DNA of 64,000 nucleotides from Ostrea edulis (taxonomy: Eukaryota), in assembly GCF_947568905.1 (NCBI RefSeq), contig NC_079166.1, positions 6,014,001 to 6,078,000 on the forward strand. Reading direction: 5' to 3'. Positions within the stretch are counted from its first letter, which is position 1; each line of letters begins with the position of its first letter. This document shows positions 41,601-52,897 of this stretch, one piece after another. Under the pieces are notes generated by a model. It saw only the letters and a program-made list of their open reading frames with translations, ran no database searches and was not told the origin of the DNA. The translations under genes and the position numbers were made by a program.

Positions 41601-41810
41601 GAAGAATGCTCTTATTCATGTTTTGTTAATGAGCACATAACAATCAGGACCTGTATAAATCATCAATATAAATATATTTAGAATATATTGATATCGCATT
41701 ACTCTTATCGTTATTATGCTATCATCTATTTAGTGTTTATTTACGATTACTTGTTTATTGCCAGGGACAGAAGATTTCAATTTGAAATCTGCCGGATCAC
41801 CCCACACTGA
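35657..41810 (+). CDS. Dermatopontin/HAAF-like protein, paralog 2 (175 aa, ORF intact but motifs diverged)
   Basis: Exons 35657-35879, 37614-37748, 37899-38022, 41765-41810 join in frame with GT-AG introns; cysteines retained; motifs read HDKRKKERRF, HNNSEKDRLY, HNKRKKDRRF. Confidence 0.9.
36362..37245. mobile_element. Naiad-like Penelope fragments in forward/inverted/forward arrangement in an intron of paralog 2
   Basis: Plus-strand RT fragment about 36362-36880, minus-strand 3' end about 36885-37080, plus-strand 3' end about 37087-37243; such tandem/inverted insertions are typical of Penelope-like elements. Confidence 0.8.
37322..37585 (+). mobile_element. 5'-truncated SINE inserted just upstream of a splice acceptor of paralog 2
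   Basis: GC-rich CCGTGGGGATCCGGG..GTCGTAATAAGCGACTAA..GAGGTCCCGTGTCACAGCAGG..GTGACGTCTCC body with a (CAAT)n tail; absent at the same site in paralog 1. Confidence 0.75.
38023..38322 (+). repeat. 63-bp tandem repeat (about 5 units) that begins at and duplicates a 5' splice site
   Basis: Units start with GTGAGT at 38023, 38086, 38149, GTGGGT at 38212 and GTGAAT at 38275. Confidence 0.92.
38323..39121 (+). mobile_element. Naiad-like Penelope retroelement, 5'-truncated; longest and best-preserved copy in the window
   Basis: Open RT segment LADLFLYSYE..FRYIDDVLSINN..YLDILL..LYDKRDDFSFSIFNFP..SNIPLSPAYGVYISQLIRYAKACS..TDC*, then the structured 3' end ending CTTCACCTTGCAT. Confidence 0.88.
39460..41438. 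mobile_element. Kolobok-like non-autonomous DNA transposon (1979 bp) in the last intron of paralog 2
   Basis: TTAA duplication (39456-39459, 41439-41442); TIR GTTAATTCCCCA / TGGGGAATTACC; empty site in paralog 1 near 13178. Confidence 0.8.
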
Positions 41811-42239
41811 AGGTTTGAATTTGGAATCAGCCAGATCATCACACACTGAAGAGGATGTTCTTGATTTATAGCATGTAGAATACTACAATAAATGATTAAA
41901 AAACGTGTAGACCAATGTTGTTTGTTTTCTGTAAGTCTTAGTATATATTTCTTTTTAAAGGCCATGTTAAACGTTGATTTAAAAATGTATTTATTGTATA
42001 AAGGCAGACATGTATGAACGGTTTGAACACAAGTTCTTTCAACTTACGGGGTTCGCCCCTTAAACGTTGTCTAAAGAGTTTGTGTTTTCTGGTTAGAATA
42101 CTTCACAAACATAATGAAATGATGTGTTGGGTCATAAATGTAATTTTCAAACAATGGATCAACGTTCCTACCTGTACTGCGCATAATTAAACTATTTTGT
42201 CAACGTAGTGTGTGCTTAATTTGATTGGTCTGAATGACA

Positions 42240-42636
42240 ATATCTCATTGATGTGAAAAATGTTATTTATTAAGTAAATGATTGATACCTGATCAGGGTA
42301 TTGAGCTCACTGCGGCTGTGGTCGGTCAACGGGGGATGTTTACTCCTCCTAGACACCTGATTCCACCTCTGGTGTGTCCAGGGGTCCGTGTTTGCCCAAC
42401 TATCTATTTGGTATTGCTTATATGAGTTTTGAGATTGGTCACTGTTCGTTATCTTCACCTTTATAGGAGTTATGAGATTGGTCACTGGTCGTTATCTTCA
42501 CCTTTATAGGAGTTATGAGATTGATCACTGTTCGTTATCTTCATCTTTATAGGAGTTATGAGATTGGCCACTGGTCGTTATCTTCACCTTTATAGGAGTA
42601 TTGAGATTGATCACTGTTCGTTATCTTCACGTTTCA
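42240..42636 (+). mobile_element. Naiad-like 3' fragment whose terminal 43 bp is repeated five times
   Basis: Unit ATAGGAGTTATGAGATTGATCACTGTTCGTTATCTTCACCTTT starts at about 42420, 42463, 42506, 42549, 42592. Confidence 0.88.
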
Positions 42637-42968
42637 TATAGATAGGTTAATCCTGACGGGAATGTTCTACAGTATTGTCAGCACCTTAGTCTTCTCTTCC
42701 AGTGCTTCACCAGACGGACAGACCAGTATTTGTATGCTCTCTTCATGTACTCCGGTGGAATTCCGAGTTAAAATGCTTAACTGCGAAAATTGCCAACCAC
42801 AACCCTTATTTAAAAGACAATGTTACGTTCCTGTTTCATATCTTGTTTTTAATTACAGCAAATTAAATCGGTTGATTCAATATCAAAAAGAAATTTCTGA
42901 TTTCATATTAATAGCGAACTGGTCTTTATCAAAATACCATTCACATAGTTTAGTTCTATGCATTGGTT

Positions 42969-43240
42969 GGTTCAATACAAAATAGATAGGTGGGTAAACA
43001 CGGACCCCTGGACACACTTGAGGTGGAATCAGGTGCCTAGGAGGAGTAAGTATCCCTGTCGACCGGTCACATCCGTCTTGATGCTTATATCCTGATCATG
43101 TAAACGCAGTTATCCGTAGTCAAAATCAGTGAGCCAAGAACGGCCTAAAATTGGTATGAAACATGTCAGACAGCATTCGATCCAATGATACATGCACGTT
43201 GTATTGACGAACTAGATCGTTATGATGACCATATAATTTA
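42969..43240 (-). mobile_element. Naiad-like 3' fragment, inverted
   Basis: Reverse complement of the structured 3' end (AAACACGGACCCCTGGACAC..GTGCCTAGGAGGAGTAAG..GTCGACCGGTC). Confidence 0.85.
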
Positions 43241-44822
43241 CGAATTATACATTGTGCCTAGAGTCTTGTCTTATGGTTAAGGGCATATATATCTGCCATC
43301 TTGATACAGGTAATACTTAAAGTTTGTGTCGTACCCAATATATTCTGATACTTTGATGAGAACCATGAAACAGATATTTTTCCCTTGCAAAATCTATCAT
43401 GTGATTTATTTTCAAATTTCGTACAATGTCTTTGTCTGCAATGTTAAGAAAGTCATTCAACAGTCTGTCGCCACGTCATAATCAAATCCATCCGTTACAA
43501 AAAGCACCACGCACACTTAAATAACCTTGTGAATATGCACACAGCGTAACAAAATACTATCAGATAAAAACCTCGCACATATGTTGCTATTTCAAATTGT
43601 GAAATATACTTCAACTGAATAATAATCAAGATTAACTAGAGTGAAAAGTTTAATATTTAAACTCCATTGGTAATCACAGTCCATGCGTTTCTATGGTTTA
43701 CTACGGTGAAATATTTTACTACGGTAGTCGAAGAGACACTGTATGTATCTATTGTACATTGTAAATTATCGACATAGACATTGTAATTATCTGTTGTATT
43801 TTGTTAACAATCGTCATAGACACTAATTATAAATTGTCATCATAGACCCTAATTATTCATTATCTGTTGTACATTCTAAGCTATCTTCAAGTGCTCTTTT
43901 TCGGTTATTCAATATTTACAATTTTTCACGAGGTCAAGAAAAATTGTAAATACTGAATAATCGTGTCCATAATTACTGAACATGTATTGGAAAAAGTACA
44001 TGAATTGGAAATTAATTTATCGACAGGGGATGCTTACTCCTAGGTACACGACCCCAACTCATTTGTGCCCAGGGCTCAGTGTTTGCCCAACTATCTATTT
44101 TGTATTGTTTATGGGAGTTATGAGATTGATCACTGTTTGTTATCTTCACCTTTCATGAATTAAAACGTATTTGCTATCATGAAAGATTTAAATCAACATT
44201 TACAATAGACTTTGCTTTAGACACAGAATTATTGCATAGACTAAAGAGGGGAAAGTATATGTGCATGCTAATATTTAGTTATCGTTTTCAACACAAAGTT
44301 TAAGCATCGATGTGTAATCGTGTGAATGTCTGGCTATGATGGGGATTCCAATATTCCATATCAATGCATCGCTTTGTCCTAGTGAAATGATAAATGTATT
44401 TTATCAATGTCAAATATTGCATTGACCACGTGATCTGTGTAAAACGATAGGAGTTACATGTACCACGATATAGCTAATCCTTGATACTTAATGATTCTGA
44501 GTGTTCTATCATATATCATTAAATTGCGTGCAAAATTACGTCAAGCTGGTTGAATCATTGTACAATCCTCAAAAGAGAATTTCAACATTGCATCTTCGTT
44601 ATCCAAAGGTGACGCTCCACAGCTGATGAGAATCAGTGTGGAGCGCCAACCTTGGCAAACGAAAATATCTATATGGAATTGATTATTTCAATAACATAAC
44701 AAAAAGCATAAACATCTGATAGATTTGATATAAAAGAAATGCGTATCTATAATAATCTTTAATAATATAACAAAAGTTAAAACATCTACGTTGTTTGATG
44801 CACATTGATAAACCTTTTGAAT

Positions 44823-47800
44823 CTACAGCTGTTTTACAACATACAGTTGGACACCGTGTGGATTAACAGAAACTTTGAACTGTTTGTTCTTTGTGATAAC
44901 AAAAGTTGTTTTCATTTCGAAAGCTTCTGTAAAATTGTAAGTCATCGTTGGTGATAATTTTAAATCAGCTAATGAAATATCTAACCATCTTGGCATTCCA
45001 TCGGAATTTTCGTTGAGAAAAGCTAACGCCATTCTGTTGTTTGAAAGCCTACGATTCCAAATTTGAATTCCATTTAACTGAAATAGATAGAAATACGAAA
45101 TATTCAAGTAGTCGTCCTTGGACTAAGTGCAAGTGTTGGAAGAATAAGTTGCTGCTATTGCTTCTTTCGTTATTTCTGAATATGTGCAGATTGTTAAGCC
45201 AACATCAGAAATCAGTGATGAAATGGTATATCATAATACGAATATCGTGTTTTTTTCATAAATCAATGTTAATGACTGTAAATAAGTACAGTGGATGACA
45301 CTATTACCTTCCGTAATAAAAATCCTTGGACTCCTAATATATCTTGGTTAATTGAAATGATATTCCTGTTTTGAAGGAGTGCTTTCGAACTACTGCGCAT
45401 ATGTCTCAAATCATTTGACATGATGAGAGGCGATGCCATCAAGGCCCACATAGCTATCTGCACACGCTCCTCTTCGTGACTTAATCCGAAATTTCCCAGA
45501 ATAACCTACAGGTGAAACACTTAACAAGCTGAATACATTATATAATTTCATGCATTGCTTGTCCAAGTATCACTTGTATATGTAGTTTAAACGCCTACAA
45601 TGTAATAGAGTAGCCCTGCGAATGGTATGATATGATTAAGTTGCTTTGTTAAGAACATATTCTGTTGTTTAAATTGTACATGTAAGACAGTTAAATTGTT
45701 GATGTGAGTTTTAGTATCACACATGTACAAATGTATGCTATAAAATAAATTGCAAAAGCAAATATGTAGCATCTATATGCAGATACCCACCGACATAAAT
45801 GTTTGTTCGGCCAAATTCATGGACTTTGTTTCAAACACTTACAACTGACACATCAGTAAAGGGGTTCTGATGGCATCTATATCTTATTTACAGATACTGT
45901 TCAGGACAGACCAAGGGTTACAACATAAATAATTACTGCTGTCTATACGGAGTATATCAAAATCAAATTCAATTTTGAAAAGGGGGATGGTTTAGATATA
46001 TTGTAGAAAATATTCTTCTAGGCTTTAGCCAAATAACATAATACCATATCTGGATCATTCCATCCTCCAGGTCCAGCGTACTTAGTGAAATTCAAGGAAT
46101 TGTTTCCCCAAAAGTTAATGATGTCAGTTACACTGGACCATGAATCCTGAACATCGTAATAATTCCTCCATAAGTTACAGGTCTTCCGAACTGCAGCAAG
46201 GTCAACCTTATAAATGGATGTAATAAGAATGAATATCGCACTATGGAACAATCAAAGGCGTTTAATCTCGACATTTAGGATTCTCATGCATGTGGAAGTA
46301 TACTACATGTATATCGATTGTCTGGTAATTATTTACGTCTAGTACTGCACTATTTTAACTATATTTCTTATTGTACTTCTTAAAGTTGCGGTAACTCAGT
46401 GGTAGAACGTTTGCTTCATAATCGGGAGGTTGTGAGTTCGAGCCCCCTTCGTACCATGACCGTGTCAAACCTAAGACGTAAAAGTAGGTAGTGATTGCTC
46501 CTTCGTCAAACATTCCGCATGTAGAAGTAAGAAACACGGAATTTCGGATTTGACCTTAAAAACACATGGTAGGCGTTGGTACGATAAAGAACCCTCACTG
46601 CTACGGCCCAGAGCGCTAGGTATAAATATACATTTGTGGTACTTCATCTACAGCTGGTGTCGTCTCAATATGAGTGAAAAGGTATCGACGTGAAGTGAAA
46701 CAATCATTCAAACAATGCTCATAACCATTTTACGTGTACCTAGTCTAGTAACTACATGCACTTACAAAAAGTCCATTCACTATTTCACACTGTGCTTACT
46801 GCGTGCAAGAGCACCAGTATTACTTTGTCTTATACTTTCAAAGAGTTTGGTAAATATTTTCAATCTCATTTTTTTTCATCTTACCCTTTTTCGTTAGCAC
46901 AATAAAACATGGAGGGCTAGTCTGGTTTGAAAACCACCATGACTGCACGAAGTTACCTAGTTCGTAGCTGTATAGATACGCGATCGGTTGTGTATTTCTG
47001 AGTCGTAATAAAATATAGATTAAGTTAGTTTTTTCGTAGATGATGCAAGATAACCTCCTCAGTTTAGAAATATCGTTTGAAATGTATAAGCCTCTGTATA
47101 CATCTCAGCGTTTATGTTTCAAAACACTAATTCTCGACCTCGGATGCTATTTTGCAACATTCACGAAAACTCGAACTTTATTTCTTAATCATACTCATGC
47201 CGATAGTTCAGTTTTTAAACTGCAATATCTGGACGTTTGGTGACTATTCAATACTATACTTGTAAATCGCTCAGCAACAATTAAGTCATGTGCTATACTT
47301 GCCGAAAGTCCGGTAACTATTTTGTAAAAAGGCCACTCGCAGGAATAAACCATTTGTCTCCCCGTATTGTTCAGGAAAAATCCCATCGCCTCATAACCTT
47401 AAAAATACTACTTCATCATCATCATCATCATCATCATAGTCATGTATATCGGCACACACCCCCCCCCCCCCCAAGTCTACACGTGTTGAATGTAATGTTT
47501 CAACTCATACCAGCAGGGAAATCATTGAGATTCGAGTAGCAGCCGTCAAATTTCACGTAGTCTACTCCCCAATCAGCGAACGTCTTAGCATCTGTCTGCA
47601 TGTAGAATTCACTTCCTGGATAACCGCCACACGTTTTCTTACCAAAGTCCTCGTATATACCAAATTTCAATCCTTTACTGTGTACCTTTACCATGATTAA
47701 GCCTTTGTTACAATAATGTTAGACAACTACTACAGAATATAATTCATTAAGTGCAAATATAAATATTGAATTATTCTTCTTGCGGTTTGGAGGATTGCAA

Positions 47801-48512
47801 AGTTGTGGACAAAAACTACAATAATGATGAGATATTCATTGAGTCTATGGTTTCCATTCAATTAAGAATTTCTAGGTGATTATCTTTTTAGTGCATATTT
47901 TAAAACGACATATATACAAACTTGTGTTTGATCTCATTTATACTTACATAATCAGCTAGGTGTTTTATTCCTGATGGGAATCTTTTTGGATCAGGAAGTA
48001 GTCGTCCATCTTGATCTCGCTCTGAGGCCAACCAGCAGTCATCGATTATCACATACTCGTAACCGACGGATCTATAGCCATCTGACACCAAGGTGTCCGC
48101 CATGACTTTTATCAAGCGCTCACTGCAATAGTGGGGTTTTGACTGCTTGAAACTCATCTTAAGGAATTTTGTGTTAGTTATCGAAGTTGGCATAGACATG
48201 TACCTGTATATATATTTAATTATATATAGATATAAAGCACAAAAATTTTCACTTAATTTGGATACCCACTTCCGCCCCTACCCGGGGTTGAACTCACGCC
48301 TAGATTCTAGAAGTGACTTGCCTAGATGGTCTAGCGGTCTAGTGCGCTGGTTACATGCTGCTAGGAGATTTGAATCCGCGGGTCGTGAGTTCAACCCCGG
48401 GTAGGCGCGGAAGTGGGTATCCAAATAAAGTAAAAATTTCTGTGCTTTATATTAAATATTTCTTCACTTGGGGCAGTTATGTTCATTTAAGAGTTCATTG
48501 CTATTTTTGTGC

Positions 48513-48560
<48 letters not shown>

Positions 48561-50169
48561 TGTGTGCATCTATGTGTATGTATATCATAGTAATCACATT
48601 ACACAGTGTAGATGGGATAGGGAAGTGACGAAAGGAGGGTTGAAATGAAGTAAAGAACAGAACGAGAGACGTAAACAAAGAGGAAGGAGTTTGAGAAAGA
48701 ATGGTATGAAAGTCATACATGTACAAGATCGAGTGTAATGTCGATATCGACGACATCGACAATGTTGTGTCGATATCGTTTCGATATCAACCATATGGAG
48801 TTTTTGTAATTGACTGAGATTTGTGAAATAATTAATATTGAAAATTTACCAGATTAACTATCATGTCGATATCGGCAATATCAATTCGATATCTTATCGA
48901 TATCGATAGCTGTATGGATTTTGTTGTTGAAGTCAATCATGATAAATGACGCTGGGTGCTTTGTCGATATCGTCGACAAACTTCGTCGATATCGACAAAC
49001 TGTTCCAATATTGTATCGATATCCATCGTGTTTCGTGAATTTATTAAGAATTCCGCCCGAGGTTCATGCAGATTTTCAGATTAAACTCCAAACAATGTAT
49101 TCATTGTCCGATATCGATATCGAGGATATCGACAGTAATAGAAACTTAATCAATTTAGAATGCTTAAAAACATGCACATCTATATAAAAAACAGTGGCAA
49201 GGATGGTCACAAAAAACTTATAAATATCATGGTTCGATATCGACATGATATCGTCGATATCGACGATATCCACAGCAAGGGATACTTTGTTAATGCAAAA
49301 TACCTAAACATCTGCACAATTACCAGAATGATGCAGGCAAGGACATGCGCAATCATTTGTTTTACAATCATGATTCAGTATCGACACGATATCGTCGACA
49401 TCGTCGATATCGACAACAAGGGGATCTCAGTCAGTGTTAAATTTATAAACAGACAAATAACAATAAAGAAATATTGTTGGTAGAATGTCACAACAAAATC
49501 TTGAAACGGTAGCGATTCGATATCGATACGATATCGTCGATATCGACAGTAAGGGAAACTCATTTAGTGCAACATAACGAAATTCATACACAAGTGCAAG
49601 GTGAAGATAACGAACAGTGTAAAGAAATATAGTAGCTAGGACAGTCATAACGAATTGTTTAACAATATTGATTCGATATCGATATGATATCATGTATGTC
49701 GTCGATATCGACAGCAAGGTAAAATAAGTACACAAATGATAATTTAATCGACCATATGCGCGACCCTATGATAAACTGAGATGTCATCAAAGGTCATATA
49801 GGCTTGAATTACGGGAAAATGTTTGCAACGGATACTTTGTTAACAATCATGATTCGACATCGATTTGATATCATCGATATCGACGATATCAACATAACAC
49901 CATGTCTTGGACATAACTCATGAAAGTGGGGAACATATATGTACATATTCCGGTTCCTACAATGCTGTCGGGATTTGATATTTTTAAATGAAGCTTTAAT
50001 ACCTGATGCAATTATTTGGATCATTTTCACAATCTGTGTTGCAACGGAATCGTTCCCATGTTAGCCAGCCCATGGGCGGAGTTAGGGCTAATCCGTTATC
50101 CAATGCTTTCACCTCATCCGGTGGTCCATGCAGTACCATAAATAAGCCAATTGTCCAGAACGTCTCCAT
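44823..50169 (-). CDS. GH27 alpha-galactosidase A / alpha-N-acetylgalactosaminidase family glycosidase (408 aa, intact, 7 coding exons)
   Basis: Exons 50169-50003, 48122-47948, 47685-47511, 47397-47303, 46206-46045, 45505-45308, 45077-44823 join in frame. Motifs [34 protein letters not shown] (nucleophile Asp), [11 protein letters not shown] (acid/base Asp), [27 protein letters not shown]. One GC-AG intron. Confidence 0.95.
46385..46712 (+). mobile_element. tRNA-derived SINE, near full length, antisense within the GH27 gene
   Basis: A box TAACTCAGTGG and B box GAGTTCGAGCC, then body GGTAGTGATTGCTCCTTCG..GACCTTAAAAAC..CTACGGCCC..GTACTTCATCTACAGCTGGTG and a (CAAT/CATT) tail; a decayed relative lies at about 55300-55560. 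Confidence 0.85.
48231..48451. mobile_element. Palindromic MITE-like element with 68-bp arms enclosing a tRNA-like segment
   Basis: 48231-48298 and 48384-48451 are near-perfect reverse complements; TGGTCTAGCGG (A-box-like) and GAGTTCAACCC (B-box-like) on the plus strand. Confidence 0.7.
48517..48557. repeat. (CT)n microsatellite
   Basis: About 20 uninterrupted CT units. Confidence 0.95.
48735..49890. repeat. Degenerate 130-180-bp period repeat with CpG-rich palindromic cores
   Basis: Cores such as TTCGATATCGATACGATATCGTCGATATCGACAG recur at about 48740, 48865, 48960, 49105, 49233, 49375, 49516, 49673, 49852. Confidence 0.8.
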
Positions 50170-51139
50170 CTAGTCATAAAACATGGGTATGATCATATCT
50201 TATTATATATCAGTATCTTATTATAACTACTATCACTGTGATATTTATTTCTACTATTTTCAACATTTACAAAAATAAATTCAGGAACATGTATACTGTG
50301 TATATGCATTTGTAGAAATATTCCCGACAATCAATTGGATGTTATATGCGATACCTTTCATAACGACACGGAAATATTCTTAAGAAGAGAAAAAATATCA
50401 AAGTCAATATCGAACAATCCTACTCTACATCACATGTGGATGGTCAGCCTGGAAATGTATTTACCTAGTGGTCTTACCTGTGTATTTACATAGTGGTCTT
50501 ACCTGTGCACGAAATATATTGTTAAAATCGCATCTACTGAGTGAATATGATTCCTGTTATAAAAGTATGACGATTATTGCATTTTACCTGACTGGCTCCC
50601 CTTTTCAGGTGAGGATGAATTAAAACGAAATCAATAGAGAGATAGAACGCCAGCTGATTCAAAGCAAACAAATAATGGGTCGTCTTAGGATAAACTGCGC
50701 GGTGTATTGATTAATTTATATCAGGTCTAACAGACGACAACACATACTCAGAAAAACGTATGTGAGGATTTTATAAAAATGCTAATATATTTTTTTTCAT
50801 TTATTTATTAGCAGCATCTTCTGTTAAAAGTGGATTTTTACATTTTATCGAAAACAAGGAAAACAAAACAATAGCAGTTGTATTCATGTTTCATGACGTT
50901 TTGGAACTATGGATTGAATGCAGAAATCCACGAATATATACCCATCTTAAGTAGCACTAAAATCTTTTAGGTATGCTGATATTTTGTCATAAATATGATC
51001 GCTCTTCTGTTATCAATTTCGTTCTTTCAAAGCAGAACGTTTGCAAAAATTAGAAAATGACCCGTTTTGCTTCATATATATTTGTTTGATGAAGGACAAT
51101 GTGGCATGCTTTTATTGGTGGTGTCCTAAATTGTGCAAT

Positions 51140-52070
51140 ACGGTTTCATGATTTTCACCTTGGGGCCAATTGTGGGTTGATGAACGTCGCTTTTCTTTAA
51201 CAAAACCTGATTACCAGAATCCCTCTTATATTTTATGAGGTAGCCAAATTGTCTTTTCGGAGTTGATTAGAGTTTTCCTTTAGATGCACAAAATGTTTTG
51301 AAATTTTTAATTTCACCTGGGGGCCAAAATGGGGGTCGACAAACAGCGTCCCCCCAATTTGCAGAACCTCTACAATTTATGGAGCAGTTACATGGTGTTT
51401 TGGAAGAGGGTTGGTGGGGTTCTGAAGCTTTACAAAACGCTTTCAGAATTTTCATTGTCATCCTAGCGGCATAGGGGAGCTGAAAAACGATGTTAAACGA
51501 AATAAACGAAAACTCTGATTACCCTCGTCATGTAGATGTGCAAGAAGTTCCAATTTCACCCTGGTGCCAAAATGAGTGCCAAAAATTGTTGTTGTTTTTT
51601 CTTCTGAAAACGAAAACCCCATAATTTCCGGAACTCTTCCTACAATAGATGCAGTACCAACTTATCTTTTGTAGAATGATTGCTAGTCTCCTGTCGATGT
51701 GCAGTGCGTTTTGAGAATTTTCATTTTCATACTGGTGGCTGTATGAGGTGTGGTCAAAAACGATGGTTTAAAAAACCCAAACAAAACAACAAAAATCCCT
51801 GGTTCCAGAACTCCTCATGCATATTACGCTATAGCCAGATCATTTTTTGGAAAGTTAATAACCGGTTTCATAATTTTTATAATTACTTAGGAGCCAATTG
51901 GGGGTTAAAACGATGTTATTCTATAGGAAAACCTGGTTCCAAGAACTCCTCTTACATTTTATACAGTAGCAAAATCATCTTTTGGGGATAATTTATGGTT
52001 TCCTTTATATGTGAAATAAGTTTTCGGTATTTTTCATTTTCACCGTGAGGGGCAAATCGGTGTAAAAAAA
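51140..52070. repeat. Highly degenerate about 150-240-bp period repeat, probably the internal array of a Helentron-associated element
   Basis: Recurring ATTTTCACC(T)GGGGCCAA..GGGG and CCAGAACTCCTC blocks. Confidence 0.45.
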
Positions 52071-52897
52071 AAAAAAAAAAAACCAACAAAAGCGATGAAC
52101 AAAACACTGGTGCTCCGTGCACTGTGTCATATGTAACAAGAACATATTTTCTTTGAAGATTGGAATCTTAGCTGTTTCAAACATATCTGAACAACCAAAA
52201 ATGATAGGGGTTGAGATGACCTTGGGACATTTGCCCTTCAGAATACTCCATGTATCTTGATAACTGATTCAATATACAAGGGCTTCGTCTGCGTATAATA
52301 AGTTTTTAAATCAAGGCAGGCTACTGACAAACAAGATGATGTTACAGGGATAATTCAGCAGTCTCGTTTAAAGTAAGTATTTCCCAAATCATATGATATC
52401 TTTAATGTTCTAGTTTGTCCATACAACTTATCGTTAGGTCAAATGCTGTCTGACGTGTTTCTTGCTGATTGTGGGGCCATTCTTGGCATATTGATTTTGA
52501 CTATGGAATATTCCGTTTACCTGATCGAGATATATGGCCCATGACGAGCGTGTCCGGTCGATATGGTATGCTTACTCCTCCTAAGCACCTGATCCAATCT
52601 TTGATATAGCAGTTCGTGTTTGCCCAACGCTCGAGCTCTATTTTGCATTCTTTATTTGATATTGATCATTGTTCTTTTTTGTCGCTTTCCATACAAATAT
52701 TCATAAGTAGTGTTCAAATCATGCTTCCTGATGGTAGGATGGGGCCACAAAAGGGGATTGAAGTTTTTTAAGGGAATGTGTAAATAACCATGTTTAGCAA
52801 ATTTCTTCTTTAAACAATAAGACCATGGTTACTCATATTACAATGTAGCATGCAGGCAATGCAAATTAAAGTTTGTTTAATTTAGGACCCCCAGATG

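Larger units (their letters stand above)
30620..44690 (+). other. Segmental duplication copy 2
   Basis: Colinear with 6790-26210; lacks the Harbinger insertion and the 42-bp expansion; carries its own Kolobok-like, SINE and Naiad-like insertions. Confidence 0.9.

Noticed and set aside
41772-41850. Alternative C-terminus from the 39-bp duplication at the end of paralog 2
   Set aside because: The second copy lies after the stop codon and has no splice acceptor; most likely a neutral 3' UTR duplication.
46385-46460. Genuine tRNA gene (also considered at 53180-53251 and 48320-48402)
   Set aside because: Acceptor stems are imperfect and each runs into a SINE body or palindromic arm; these are tRNA-derived heads.
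44823-50169. Assigning the gene symbol NAGA or GLA
   Set aside because: Features are mixed (GLA-like specificity residues, NAGA-like loop length), and the GLA/NAGA split may not map one-to-one onto molluscs; a phylogeny is needed.
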